64,000 nucleotides of DNA from Gemmatimonadota bacterium (GCA_036679605.1 JAZDCZ010000386.1:32001-96000), one strand, 5' to 3'. Numbered from the stretch's first letter, positions 44,759 through 55,087 are shown. Notes: generated by a model not told the origin, from the sequence alone. Numbers and translations are program-made.

Positions 44759-45423
44759 AGGTGCTGGTTGTCGAAGACGATCGCACTGTTGGCCAATTTG
44801 TCCAGCGTGGATTGGAAGAGCAGCGAATTCAGACGGACTTGATCGACGATGGTGGATCTGCGCTGGAGCGGGCGTCTCAGGCCAGCTACGACGTAATTGT
44901 TTTGGATTTGCGGCTCCCAACACTTAGTGGCATCGAAGTATTACGCACTCTGAGGGATCGTGGGGTGGCGACGCCTGTGCTGATTCTGACGGCGCAGGAC
45001 GCAGTTGAGTCCAAGGTCCAGGCGCTCCGCACAGGTGCAGACGACTACGTGACTAAGCCATTTGCGTTTGAGGAACTGCTAGCCCGCGTAGAAGCGCTCG
45101 GAAGACGGCCCAAGGATCTAGCCTCGCCGATACTGACGGTCGGCGATCTAGTGATGGACGTGGCCAAACACGAGGTCCGTCGAAAGAAGACACTATTGGA
45201 TTTGACTCCGAAAGAATACTCCGTTCTAAAGTATCTGATGCGGAACGCCGGCAGAGTCATGGCGCGGACTCTGATTACGGAGTACGCATGGGGCTATCAC
45301 TTCGACCCGGGAACCAACGTCGTGGACGTGGTGATCAACCGGCTGCGTAAGAAGGTGGATCACGGAAATAAACTGAAGTTGATCCACACGGTTCGCGGTG
45401 TCGGCTATGTCCTGAAGGACTGA
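44755..45423 (+). CDS. OmpR/PhoB-family response regulator (CusR/CzcR-like)
   Basis: VEDD, LDLRLP, GADDYVTKPF; winged helix TNVVDVVINRLRKKVD, HTVRGVGY. Confidence 0.93.
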   Translation: MKVLVVEDDRTVGQFVQRGLEEQRIQTDLIDDGGSALERASQASYDVIVLDLRLPTLSGIEVLRTLRDRGVATPVLILTAQDAVESKVQALRTGADDYVTKPFAFEELLARVEALGRRPKDLASPILTVGDLVMDVAKHEVRRKKTLLDLTPKEYSVLKYLMRNAGRVMARTLITEYAWGYHFDPGTNVVDVVINRLRKKVDHGNKLKLIHTVRGVGYVLKD

Positions 45424-46911
45424 ATGCAGACAATACGCGGGCGCCTGGCCGTATGGTATGCGGTTGCCATGGGCGCTACGTTGTTCCTGTTCACCGGAGC
45501 GGTTTATCTCGTCGAGCGTTCACCGAACGACGCCCAACTCATTGCTACGGTGCGGGCTCGGGCTGATCTGATCGCCGCGATTCTGGGCGAGGCCTTCCTT
45601 TCAAGAGACTCCGTGGTAGTTCAGGACCCCGCAACTCAGCGTACCGCCCTCGCCGCGGATCTCGAGGTGCTGCTCGAAGGCGTGCCGAATTACATACTTG
45701 TTCTTGGTCCGGACGGTGACCCACTTTTCGTTTCCGGAAGCGTACAGCCGGGTGATCAGGCGGTGGGCGCCATAATCGTAAGGGGACTTGGATCCGCGGA
45801 CGTGGGGAGGTTCGTAGACGCCGTTCAGGCCCAGATCACGGTGGGGGGCAGCGGGTCGGTCGATTTGGGATCTCCATTTGGCACAATCCGTTACTACGTG
45901 CGGCCCATTTCTACGGCGGGGCAGCAGGTGACCGCGGTGGTGTCGGGTATCTCAGAGGCGGGACTCGCACTCAGACCCCAGCGTTTGTTGGTCGTGATGT
46001 CGTTGATAGCTCCATTCTTCATCTTGGCGTCGATGGGGATCGCGTATGTTCTTGCGGGGCGGACGCTTCAACCCGTCGACAAGATCGTCGATGAGGTCGA
46101 GGATATCACCGACGGCCGAAGTCTGCATCGGCGTCTCGCAACTCCTACTACCAGAGACGAACTCTTCCGACTGACCACAACGCTCAACGAGATGCTATCC
46201 CGCCTCGAACGCAGTTTCGTAGCGTTGCGCCGTTTCACCGCAGACGCAAGCCACGAGCTGAAGACCCCACTCACGGTTCTGCGTTCAGGAATCGAACGTA
46301 GTATCACGCACCCTGATGTGAATCCAGAGGTGTTGGAGGTTCTCGACGAGACTTTGAGAGAGGTGAATCGGATGACGGAGCTAGTGGACTCGTTGCTGAC
46401 TTTAGCCAGGGCTGACGAGGGTCGCGCTCCGTTGCATCTCGAGTCGGTGGACATGAGAGATGTGCTGATCGAAATCGCCGAGACCGGTGGCATGTTGGGT
46501 GAGCAAGCCGATGTTGAGGTGTCGGTCGAAGTTCCCGAGCATACCGAGATCATCTCGGTCGACCGGAGTCGCATTCGACAGCTTCTCATGAACCTGCTGA
46601 CGAACGCCATCAAGTACACACCGGTGGGCGGCAAGGTGTCGGTCGTCTCGCTGCGGGAGGATGGCAATTTTGTGGTAAGAGTGAAAGATGCGGGGGTAGG
46701 CATTGCGCCCGGTGAATTACCGCATATCTTCGATCGCTTCTGGCGAGCCGATCCGGCGCGCAGCCGGACAGGTCAGCGTCCAGGCGCGGGACTGGGGCTG
46801 GCGATCAGTAAGTGGATCGCCGAGGCTCACGGTGGCTCGATTGAGGCCAGGAGTCGACTCGGTCGCGGTACAACGATGACGGTCACGCTGCCGGCGGACT
46901 GGGATCAGTAA
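45424..46911 (+). CDS. Membrane HAMP sensor histidine kinase
   Basis: Two TM helices, HAMP, FTADASHELKTPL, NLLTNAIKY, GAGLGL. Confidence 0.93.
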   Translation: MQTIRGRLAVWYAVAMGATLFLFTGAVYLVERSPNDAQLIATVRARADLIAAILGEAFLSRDSVVVQDPATQRTALAADLEVLLEGVPNYILVLGPDGDPLFVSGSVQPGDQAVGAIIVRGLGSADVGRFVDAVQAQITVGGSGSVDLGSPFGTIRYYVRPISTAGQQVTAVVSGISEAGLALRPQRLLVVMSLIAPFFILASMGIAYVLAGRTLQPVDKIVDEVEDITDGRSLHRRLATPTTRDELFRLTTTLNEMLSRLERSFVALRRFTADASHELKTPLTVLRSGIERSITHPDVNPEVLEVLDETLREVNRMTELVDSLLTLARADEGRAPLHLESVDMRDVLIEIAETGGMLGEQADVEVSVEVPEHTEIISVDRSRIRQLLMNLLTNAIKYTPVGGKVSVVSLREDGNFVVRVKDAGVGIAPGELPHIFDRFWRADPARSRTGQRPGAGLGLAISKWIAEAHGGSIEARSRLGRGTTMTVTLPADWDQ

Positions 46912-46916
46912 ACTGC

Positions 46917-46994
46917 ATGTCACGTAACTGTCATCGTTTTGTAATGTTATCAACACTGAACTGTCAGTCTAACTCTTTGCCGACGGTGTATAAT
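46917..46994 (+). promoter_or_regulatory. 11-bp-phased Pho-box-like direct repeats plus TATAAT -10 upstream of tonB
   Basis: ATGTCAC 46917, CTGTCAT 46928, TTGTAAT 46939, (TCAACAC 46950), CTGTCAG 46961; TATAAT 46989-46994. Confidence 0.65.
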
Positions 46995-47025
46995 TGGTTC
47001 GACGTTCAGACAAACTCGGAGGTGT

Positions 47026-47733
47026 GTGGTGTTCGATAACCTCGTAGAATCCGCCCCAAAGAACCTGCGCTTTGGACAGAAGCTATCCAGCAGCGGGGTT
47101 TCCTTGGGCCTACACACATTGATGATTTGGGGCGCTGTAACGGTCACCATGAAGGTCAAGGAAGAGATCACACAGGTGGCTGTCGATACGATGATGATCT
47201 TCATCGATGAGGAGCCGGAGGAGGAGCCGGAAGAAGCTCCGCCACCACCGAAACTCCTGAATCTGGCACCCCCCAAGGGATTCAAGATCCTCAGCGCGCC
47301 GATCGAGGTGCCTACCTCAATCCCGGACATCGATTTGTCAGATGAGTTCGATCCGCGTGACTATTCAGGCATCGGAGTCGAAGGTGGCATCTTCGAGGGC
47401 ATTGAAGATGGTCCAATCGATCTGGCGCAGATATTCAATGAGGCGGTCGTCGATGAGCCACCCGAGCGAATCTCCAGTCCGCCCTTAGAGTATCCTCGTA
47501 CGATGCAGCGTGCGGGCGTGGAGGGTCTAGTGCTTCTCCAGGGCGTCGTAGATACCACGGGGCATATCGAACCCAAGAGCATTGTGGTGGTCAGATCCGA
47601 TCAGAAGGCCTTTGAAGCTCCGGCCAAGCAATTGCTGCGCCGCAGCCTGTTCAGGGCCGGCCGAGTGCGCGGCCGTCCTGTCAGGGTGCTGATTCAATTA
47701 CCAATTCAATTCACGTTAATAGGTGGCCCGTAA
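47026..47733 (+). CDS. tonB: Energy transducer TonB
   Basis: SLGLH TM; EEPEEAPPPP linker; YPRTMQRAGVEGLV TonB-C domain. Confidence 0.88.
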   Translation: MVFDNLVESAPKNLRFGQKLSSSGVSLGLHTLMIWGAVTVTMKVKEEITQVAVDTMMIFIDEEPEEEPEEAPPPPKLLNLAPPKGFKILSAPIEVPTSIPDIDLSDEFDPRDYSGIGVEGGIFEGIEDGPIDLAQIFNEAVVDEPPERISSPPLEYPRTMQRAGVEGLVLLQGVVDTTGHIEPKSIVVVRSDQKAFEAPAKQLLRRSLFRAGRVRGRPVRVLIQLPIQFTLIGGP

Positions 47734-47795
47734 GCGGGTCGTTGGAATAGTAGTGAGCGTTCGATCTCAACTTTGTACGGAGGCCCAGTAGTCTT

Positions 47796-48536
47796 ATGCA
47801 AGTATCGTTACTAGCGCTTTGGAACGACGCCGGTGGATTCGCCAGGGGCATCATCCTCTTGTTGGCGATCATGTCTATTGCCTCTCTGGGCACCGCGACT
47901 GCCAAGTGGTGGAGGTTTAGGAAGAGCCGGAGGGCGACTCGCAGGTTCGCGCCCGAGTTTGCTCGTTTCCTTCAGGAGGAAGAACTGGACGGCGCCATAG
48001 AATTGGCTGAGAAAGAGAAAGTCTCGCACGTGGCGCGAGTGCTGGGTCAGGCGTTGTCAGAGGTGAAACCTCTGCTGCGCGACCGAGCCACTATCACGAG
48101 CGGTGACATCAACTCGGCGGAGCGCGCGGTCGAGAGACAGAGCCTCATTCTTCTGTCAGAACTCAAGACCGGTATGGCCATTCTGGCAACGGTAGGTGCG
48201 ACAGCCCCGTTCGTCGGTTTGTTGGGGACGACAATGGGGGTAGTGAACGCTTTCACGGGTATGGCTCTGACGGGGTCAGGTGGATTAGCGGCGATCTCCG
48301 CCGGTATATCTGAGGCGCTGATTACCACTGCCTTCGGCCTTGCCGTCGCCATCCCGGCTGTGTGGCTGTACAACTATTTCCAGACCAAGATCGAGAACAT
48401 CACGGTCGAAATGACCTATACGTCCAAGGAACTGATCGACTTCTTGATCAAGAGCGTTGGCAGTGAATTCGGCCGTTCGATTTTCACCAAGGAGTTCAAG
48501 GCCCAGCAGGCTGCGGCGACGGACCCGCAGAGCTGA
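47796..48536 (+). CDS. exbB: MotA/TolQ/ExbB proton channel
   Basis: APFVGLLGT, GISEALITTAFGL. Confidence 0.9.
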   Translation: MQVSLLALWNDAGGFARGIILLLAIMSIASLGTATAKWWRFRKSRRATRRFAPEFARFLQEEELDGAIELAEKEKVSHVARVLGQALSEVKPLLRDRATITSGDINSAERAVERQSLILLSELKTGMAILATVGATAPFVGLLGTTMGVVNAFTGMALTGSGGLAAISAGISEALITTAFGLAVAIPAVWLYNYFQTKIENITVEMTYTSKELIDFLIKSVGSEFGRSIFTKEFKAQQAAATDPQS

Positions 48537-48573
48537 TAGCCGGTGACCTGCAAGCTAAGGGGAGAGTCATCTC

Positions 48574-49032
48574 ATGGCCCGTGACCTAGTTCCGAAGAGC
48601 CAGGTAAAGAACGAACCCAACGTCGTGCCGATGATCGATGTCATGTTGGTGTTGCTAATCATCTTCATGATCGTGACACCAATTATTTCGGCAGGATTTC
48701 AGGCAAAGATGCCCTTCGCAAAGTCCCTCGAGTCACGGCCTGAAGAGGATGGCGACATAGTGCTCGGGATCGACAACGAGGGCAACTTCTTTCTGGATCC
48801 CGGAACCGGAAAAATCGGGCCTGTGCCGGGTGGTAAGCTGGAGGAGTACCTCACGAGCATCTTTGAGGCACGGACCAAAGACAAAATCATGTACTTGAAG
48901 GCACATAATGGCCTAGACTATGGTGTGGTCCAAGATGCCGTGGAAATCGCCAGGTCGGCGGGAGTGCGGGTCTTAGCGACTATAGCCGAAGAGCAAAGGG
49001 AAATGCCCAACCGCTCGACAGGCGGGAGGTAG
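48574..49032 (+). CDS. exbD: ExbD/TolR biopolymer transport protein
   Basis: NVVPMIDVMLVLLIIFMI. Confidence 0.9.
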   Translation: MARDLVPKSQVKNEPNVVPMIDVMLVLLIIFMIVTPIISAGFQAKMPFAKSLESRPEEDGDIVLGIDNEGNFFLDPGTGKIGPVPGGKLEEYLTSIFEARTKDKIMYLKAHNGLDYGVVQDAVEIARSAGVRVLATIAEEQREMPNRSTGGR

Positions 49033-49035
49033 ACC

Positions 49036-49461
49036 ATGGCAATGAGTGTCGGGAGTGACGATGGTGGATATCAGAACGAACCCAACATAGTACCGATGAT
49101 CGACATTCTCCTGGTCCTACTCATCATCTTCATGATGCAGGTGCCGCTCCAACGCAAAGCCATGGATGTGCAGGTGCCGCCCGTAGAGACTCGGACGCAG
49201 CAACAGAACGTCCAGAGCGATCAGATCGTTTTGGAATTGAAGGACGACCAGTCGTACGCGATAAACAGTAGGGTTGTCTCCAAGCAGGATCTCGACCGCG
49301 AACTTCACGATGTCTTTGATAACCGACCGACCAAGTTGATGTTTATCAAGGCTGCCCGGAACAGGAAGTACCAGGAGCTTATCGAGGTGATGGATATTGC
49401 TCGTGGAGCGGGAGTGCAGGTCATTGGGCTTACGCCGAGACCGAAGGATGAAGCCCAGTAG
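49036..49461 (+). CDS. exbD: ExbD/TolR biopolymer transport protein (second copy)
   Basis: NIVPMIDILLVLLIIFM. Confidence 0.9.
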   Translation: MAMSVGSDDGGYQNEPNIVPMIDILLVLLIIFMMQVPLQRKAMDVQVPPVETRTQQQNVQSDQIVLELKDDQSYAINSRVVSKQDLDRELHDVFDNRPTKLMFIKAARNRKYQELIEVMDIARGAGVQVIGLTPRPKDEAQ

Positions 49462-49548
49462 GTAAAGTTCTGACGAACTGGATTCAACACGGGCGTGCGG
49501 GCCGACATTGAGAGGACTGCGCGCCCGTTTGGTGTATACTATAGGACC

Positions 49549-50286
49549 ATGGATCGTTCGCCGAAGATTCCCAAATTCCGAGTGCCAGAGTCAAGTCGGA
49601 AGCTCGCTGGCGGCGTGATCGGCTCGGCCTCTGCCCACACGCTGTTTGTATTGATAGTTGCTTGGAGTGGGGGTGAGGTAACTGGTGGCATACACTGGAC
49701 CGCAGGGGTAGCGGAACCTCTGGGTGGAGGGGGTGGAGGAGGAGGCGCGCGCGTGCGGTACGTCGAATTACAGTCTGCTGGTAGCGTGGCGGCGGCTTCC
49801 ACCAAAACTGAGATTCCGATTCCAGCGCCTGTCGTGAAGCAGATAATGAGACGGGCGAGCCCGATGGACATCGTGGAGCGGGCGAAGCGGGTCGTTCTCA
49901 GCAATGGGCTAGCTAGAGGACTGTCAGGCGGAGCGCACGGACCCGCTGAGGGCTCTGGTGATGGTGTCGGGAGTGGGCAGGGCACCGGTATCGGCAGTGC
50001 CAATGGACGAGAAACGGGAGGGTCGGGCCCCGGGTTCGCTCCTCGTTCCAAACAAATGCTCTTGCCTCCCGATGCTCCCAAGTCGGTTAAGGGGCTGGAG
50101 TTCAAGGTACAATTCTGGATCGATCGGCGGGGCCGGGTCACGAAGGTGGGCGTCGTGCCTGAAATAGAGCATTCGGCATACCGGAAGAAGTTCATTGAGC
50201 GGATGCTCCGGTTTAGATTCTATCCGGCCCGTGGCAGCGAAGGGGCTCCGGTGGACGGATTTCTTGAGGTGATGGTCATTCCGTAG
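49549..50286 (+). CDS. Gly-rich TonB-like protein
   Basis: Likely start 49549; SASAH TM; poly-Gly then YVEL; FWIDRRGRVTKV...FYPAR. Paralog of 13974-14741. Confidence 0.7.
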   Translation: MDRSPKIPKFRVPESSRKLAGGVIGSASAHTLFVLIVAWSGGEVTGGIHWTAGVAEPLGGGGGGGGARVRYVELQSAGSVAAASTKTEIPIPAPVVKQIMRRASPMDIVERAKRVVLSNGLARGLSGGAHGPAEGSGDGVGSGQGTGIGSANGRETGGSGPGFAPRSKQMLLPPDAPKSVKGLEFKVQFWIDRRGRVTKVGVVPEIEHSAYRKKFIERMLRFRFYPARGSEGAPVDGFLEVMVIP

Positions 50287-50312
50287 ACACGGTATTCAAC
50301 AAGGGGGTTGCT

Positions 50313-52286
50313 GTGCGGCCTAGTCGTGTTCGTCACTTGTGCATCACATCAGCCCTATTTGCATTAACCCTGTCAGTCGTTGACAGGCTCCACAGCCAAG
50401 AATTCGAACTCGGTGCACCGCCCGCAATCCTGAAGGGAATTCCGTTTACGCTCACGGTGAGTGCGCAGGGAGCGCTGGATACCCTTGCTGTGGTCGTGCG
50501 GCTTGGAGACGGCACTGTGTTGTCGGATAGCGTTCTGCCGCCGCTCGAGTCTCTTTCCCTGAGAGACGTGATAGTCTCGTCGAGCGATCAACTTCCGATC
50601 CGTGTTGAACTTGGGAGTGTGTCTGAAGAACTCTCACCGCCGCTGCTGCCGGCCTGGTTCTCGATCCTTCCGCCGCTGATCGCGATCGCGCTCGCTTTGA
50701 TGTTACACGAGGTCGTGACGAGCCTATTCGTGGGAGTGTGGTTGGGTTGTTTCTTGCTCGCGGGATACAACCCGTTGGCCGCGCTCCTCATGACAATCGA
50801 TCAGTATGTCGTGCCGGCTTTGGCCGATGCGGATCACGCATCCATCGTGGTTTTCTCACTGCTATTGGGTGGAATGGTTGGGGTGATCAGCAAGATGGGC
50901 GGTGCCAAAGCGATTGTCGAGGCGGTCGCACCGTTGGCGACGTCTACACGACGGGCGCAGTTCGCCACTTGGCTTGCGGGGCTTGCGATTTTCTTCGACG
51001 ACTATGCCAATACGCTAATAGTCGGCAACACGATGAGACCGCTCACGGATCGACTCAAAGTGTCGCGAGAGAAACTGGCCTATATCGTCGACTCAACTGC
51101 TGCGCCGGTGACAGCCATTGTGTTCGTATCCACCTGGGTCGGATACCAGATCAGTTTGATTGGAGACGGCCTACAGCTGGCCGCTGCACAGAGCGGCAGT
51201 AACCCAGCACTCGCGGCCCAATTGGCTGCGGCTTCGCCATTCGATGTCTTCATTCGCTCAATTCCATACTTATTCTATCCGATCCTAGCAATATTCGCGG
51301 TCGCAGTCTTCATCCTGTCGCGCCGCGACTTCGGCCCCATGCTGCATGCAGAGCGCCGAGCAGCATCAGGCGGGGGACTCTACCGTCCGGGCGCACAGCT
51401 GGCGGCCGACCTGGATAGCGAATTGGGCTCCGTACCCGATAACGTTCCGATGCGTTGGTGGAACGGCGTTCTGCCAGTCTTTGCCGTGGTAGTTACGGTG
51501 ACAGTAGGATTGATTTACACGGGCGCCAATGCCCTCGGTGAAGGCGAGACGGTTAGCTTTAGCACCATTCTTGGAAACGCAGATCCGTTTGCCACGCTGC
51601 TTTGGGGATCGCTAGCAGGATGCATAGTCGGCATCTTGTTGGCAGTAGGCCAGCGAATTCTTTCTCTATCCGACGCGATCGGTGCACTAGTGAGCGGCGT
51701 CAAGGCCATGACGCTCGCGATTATCATTCTCTTGCTCGCGTGGTCGCTCGGCTCGGTCACCGGATCGCTCTCGACAGCATCATTTCTCTCGAGTGTCTTA
51801 TCGGACCGACTCCCCTTGGAGTTGTTGCCTGTCACCGTCTTCATCGTCGCCGCCACGGTATCGTTTGCGACGGGGACTTCTTGGGGAACCATGGCCGTAT
51901 TGATTCCGCTCATCCTGCCATTATCGGTGGCGATGGGCGCGAACTTGGGTGGCGGTGCAGCAACCGGATTGCTGTTGGGAAGTCTTGGTTCGGTGCTGGC
52001 GGGCTCGATCTTCGGAGATCACTGTTCTCCTATATCAGATACGACCGTGTTGAGTTCGATGGCGTCCGGCTGCGATCACGTGGATCATGTAAAGACACAG
52101 TTACCGTACGCTGTACTGGTGGCTGTCGTAGCCGTCGCAGCGTTGCTGGTGAGTAGCTTGATGTTCCGCTCCTCGCCGTGGGCAGCAGTGGGTTTGACCC
52201 TTGCTGGTTGCGGTGCGTTGTATGCCTTCGTCCGGATTTTTGGACAAGTGAGCGGTGAAGGTGGCGCCGTGGCACCAAGAGCCTAA
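50313..52286 (+). CDS. NhaC-family (ion transporter superfamily) membrane transporter with N-terminal extracytoplasmic domain
   Basis: SILPPLIAI, FFDDYAN, SREKLAYIVDSTAAP, SFATGTSWGT, GDHCSPISDTT, HVKTQLPYA. Confidence 0.88.
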   Translation: MRPSRVRHLCITSALFALTLSVVDRLHSQEFELGAPPAILKGIPFTLTVSAQGALDTLAVVVRLGDGTVLSDSVLPPLESLSLRDVIVSSSDQLPIRVELGSVSEELSPPLLPAWFSILPPLIAIALALMLHEVVTSLFVGVWLGCFLLAGYNPLAALLMTIDQYVVPALADADHASIVVFSLLLGGMVGVISKMGGAKAIVEAVAPLATSTRRAQFATWLAGLAIFFDDYANTLIVGNTMRPLTDRLKVSREKLAYIVDSTAAPVTAIVFVSTWVGYQISLIGDGLQLAAAQSGSNPALAAQLAAASPFDVFIRSIPYLFYPILAIFAVAVFILSRRDFGPMLHAERRAASGGGLYRPGAQLAADLDSELGSVPDNVPMRWWNGVLPVFAVVVTVTVGLIYTGANALGEGETVSFSTILGNADPFATLLWGSLAGCIVGILLAVGQRILSLSDAIGALVSGVKAMTLAIIILLLAWSLGSVTGSLSTASFLSSVLSDRLPLELLPVTVFIVAATVSFATGTSWGTMAVLIPLILPLSVAMGANLGGGAATGLLLGSLGSVLAGSIFGDHCSPISDTTVLSSMASGCDHVDHVKTQLPYAVLVAVVAVAALLVSSLMFRSSPWAAVGLTLAGCGALYAFVRIFGQVSGEGGAVAPRA

Positions 52287-53197
52287 GCTCGAAGAAGAGC
52301 GGCTGCCAAGCTGACTGCCCCCATCGCGGGGTCCACGGTGGCATCGCTCACTGCTACTCTGGACAGTGCTGCACTCAGGCGCACAACGAGTGCATCTCGA
52401 ATTGGAGAATCTTTGCCTAGCAAGCTGCCGGCAAGCGCCAGTTCCGGTCGTGCGTTCAATGAAAACTTCTCCGTCAGTGCTCTCGCGTGCTCGAAGAGAC
52501 TGTGCGCTGCTTCATCTATCAGCTCCAGTGCCACGCGGTCCTTCCTGGCGGCAGCCACCAGGACTTCACGAGCAAGCGCGGCTACGGCCGCCCTGTCTGC
52601 GGTCGCTACCCACCTGACCATGTCGTCGAGAGATCGACTATCCGTGGCGCTCGCGATCGACTCGTAGAGAATGGTCTCCGGTCCTCGTTGCTCGAACGCC
52701 CGCCCGGCTGCGCCCAGTGCGGCCCGTCCCAGGGCGTAGCCGCTTCCCTCATCACCGAATTGCCAACCCAAACCACCCGTTCGAACGGTTCGTCCGTCGT
52801 CGGTATGTGCGAAGGCGATGGATCCGGTACCGGACACAAGAACGATTCCTGGTCTTGATTGTGGGAACGCTGACTCGAGGGCAATCTCAGCATCTGTTGT
52901 AACACGGAGCAGAACATGCACACCAATCGACGAACCCAGAGACCTCGCCAGATCGTCGCATTCTCGATCGCGCCCGGCGCCCGCAACGCCTACAACGACG
53001 GCTTCCGGTCTCTGCCCGCGGCAGCAGTCTCGCAAGGCCTCATCGATAAGACCCGATATGACTCCTGCCGAGTGTTCTATCTGTTCAGGTGTGACTGCGG
53101 CGGCAGGTCCTCGTTTGCGGTACTGGACGTTCGTGCCGTCCGCAACGACGACTTCGGTATGTGATCCTCCGGCGTCTACTCCAACGAGAACGGTCAA
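52283..53197 (-). CDS. BadF/BadG/BcrA-family sugar kinase (GlcNAc/MurNAc kinase-like)
   Basis: GVDAGGS, SGTGS, GGLGWQFGDEGSGY. Confidence 0.85.
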   Translation of the reverse strand: MTVLVGVDAGGSHTEVVVADGTNVQYRKRGPAAAVTPEQIEHSAGVISGLIDEALRDCCRGQRPEAVVVGVAGAGRDRECDDLARSLGSSIGVHVLLRVTTDAEIALESAFPQSRPGIVLVSGTGSIAFAHTDDGRTVRTGGLGWQFGDEGSGYALGRAALGAAGRAFEQRGPETILYESIASATDSRSLDDMVRWVATADRAAVAALAREVLVAAARKDRVALELIDEAAHSLFEHARALTEKFSLNARPELALAGSLLGKDSPIRDALVVRLSAALSRVAVSDATVDPAMGAVSLAAALLRA

Positions 53198-54630
53198 GTG
53201 TGCTCACCTCGGCGCAGAATGAGGCTCATGCCAGTGCCAACGGCTATGGTGACCAATGTGCCGAGTGGCACGTACCATGGCCAGGCGAGGTTTGCGAATC
53301 CGGGCGGTTTAACAAACACGACCACGAGCATGGTTGCAGTCGCGACGGCGATCGCGGTGATCGCATCCACTTGCTTTGCACCACTTACGATGCCGCCCAA
53401 GATATAGGTGCCCAGCAGCGATCCGTAAGTAATCGAGGCGATAGAAAGTGCGAGAACTACGACGGGTTGGTCCGTGGACCGGAACGATAGCGCTCCGATC
53501 CCAAGAATCACGGCCCACGCCAGCGTGGCCCAGCGGCCAACCCTGAGGAGGTGACTTGGGTCATTGCTGCGGGTGATCGGGGCGTAAAAGTCGTGAGTGG
53601 TAGCAGATGCCAGTGCGTTCAGCGACGAACTGACTGTGCTCATGGCGGCTGCAAGCAGACCGGCGACGACCAACCCCGTGAGACCGATCGGGAGATGGTC
53701 GACGACAAACGTAGGGAAGAGTCGGTCACTTGAGATCGTACCGTTGTCGGCGCCGGCTGCCCATAGAAATGTCCCAACCAGCAGGAATATTGCGAACTGC
53801 AAGATTACCAGCACTCCCGATCCAATGAGTGCTCGTCGCGCATCTCCCAGATTCCTGGTTGCCAGTAATCTCTGCACTATGAGGTGGTCAGTGCCGTGTG
53901 ACGCCGCCGACAAGAGCGCCCCGCCCACCACGCCCCCGGCAAGAGTGTACGTAGTTGAAAACGACCATTCGAAGTTCAGCGTTCGGAGCTTGCCGGCCTC
54001 ACTTGCGGCCGACAGCACCGTGCCGATTCCACCGGCCAGTTTAGCAGCCACGATGATCGCTGCGAGACCTGCGACGGCATAGAGCCCCATCTGTACTACG
54101 TCCACCCACACAACGGCCTTGATACCTCCGGCCCAAGTGTACGCTACAGTTGCTCCTACCACCACCATGACGCTTAGCGGGATCGACCAGCCCGTCACGA
54201 TCGTAAGCGGGATGGCGGTTGCGAACACACGAACGCTGTCACCCAAGGCTCGTATCGACATGAACACAGCGGATGCGGTTTTCCGGGTGGCCAGACCGAA
54301 GCGGTGTTCGAGCCGCTCGTATGCTGTCTGTTGTTCACCCCGGAAATATCCTGGGAGGAGCCATATGGAAACACCGATCCGACCGACCAGATAACCCAAA
54401 GGCAGCTGAAGAAAGGTGAGATCGCCGCGCGCGCCGACGCCGGGGATGGAAATGACTGTGAGTGCGGAGGTCTCGGTCGCGACGATCGATAGCATCACGG
54501 CCCACCAGGGTAGACGGTGGCCTCCAAGGAAATATTCTGCGTCGTTGGTTTGGGTGCGCGCAAAATGTACGCCGATCGCGATGACGAGTGCGAAGTAGAA
54601 CCCCATCACAGCGAAGTCGATCGATGTCAT
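53194..54630 (-). CDS. Sodium:solute symporter (SSS family), probably for amino sugars
   Basis: YFLGG, SIVATETSALT, GGIKAVVW, VQRLL, LAAAMSTVSSSLNAL. Confidence 0.9.
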   Translation of the reverse strand: MTSIDFAVMGFYFALVIAIGVHFARTQTNDAEYFLGGHRLPWWAVMLSIVATETSALTVISIPGVGARGDLTFLQLPLGYLVGRIGVSIWLLPGYFRGEQQTAYERLEHRFGLATRKTASAVFMSIRALGDSVRVFATAIPLTIVTGWSIPLSVMVVVGATVAYTWAGGIKAVVWVDVVQMGLYAVAGLAAIIVAAKLAGGIGTVLSAASEAGKLRTLNFEWSFSTTYTLAGGVVGGALLSAASHGTDHLIVQRLLATRNLGDARRALIGSGVLVILQFAIFLLVGTFLWAAGADNGTISSDRLFPTFVVDHLPIGLTGLVVAGLLAAAMSTVSSSLNALASATTHDFYAPITRSNDPSHLLRVGRWATLAWAVILGIGALSFRSTDQPVVVLALSIASITYGSLLGTYILGGIVSGAKQVDAITAIAVATATMLVVVFVKPPGFANLAWPWYVPLGTLVTIAVGTGMSLILRRGEHT

Positions 54631-54665
54631 GGTTGCTTAGGGGTGTTCTGAAGAGGGTAAACAGC

Positions 54666-54697
54666 AACGGGGCCCGCTTCCTGCCGCGGGCCCCGTT
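54666..54697 (-). terminator. GC-rich hairpin, probable terminator after the HesB gene
   Basis: AACGGGGCCCGC / GCGGGCCCCGTT 12-bp stem, 8-nt loop; U-tract weak. Confidence 0.65.
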
Positions 54698-54724
54698 TGA
54701 TGTTCTGAGTTGCTCAAATGAATG

Positions 54725-55087
54725 CTAGGCAGAGAATGACTCACCGCATCCGCACCCGCCGCTAGCGTTGGGATTGTTAAACGTGAAGCCAGACTGCTGC
54801 ATCGTCGAGACGAAATCGATCGTGGTTCCCTGCAGATACTGTCCGCTAAACGCATCGACGAAAATCCGCAGGTCATCCTGCTGCACTATGAGATCGTCGT
54901 CCAGCGGACGCTCTTCTATATTCAGTCCGTACTTGAATCCCGAACACCCGCCCGGCAGTACGGAAACACGGAGTCCCGCAGTCTCGACCGGCACATCCTC
55001 TTGCTCTATGAATTGCCTTACCTGCTCGACCGCGGACACAGTCAAACTGACATCGACGGTTGTCTCGGGTCGTTGAGTTGTACTCAT
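54725..55087 (-). CDS. A-type Fe-S carrier (IscA/ErpA/HesB family)
   Basis: GGCSGFKY, NPNASGGCGCGESF. Confidence 0.93.
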   Translation of the reverse strand: MSTTQRPETTVDVSLTVSAVEQVRQFIEQEDVPVETAGLRVSVLPGGCSGFKYGLNIEERPLDDDLIVQQDDLRIFVDAFSGQYLQGTTIDFVSTMQQSGFTFNNPNASGGCGCGESFSA

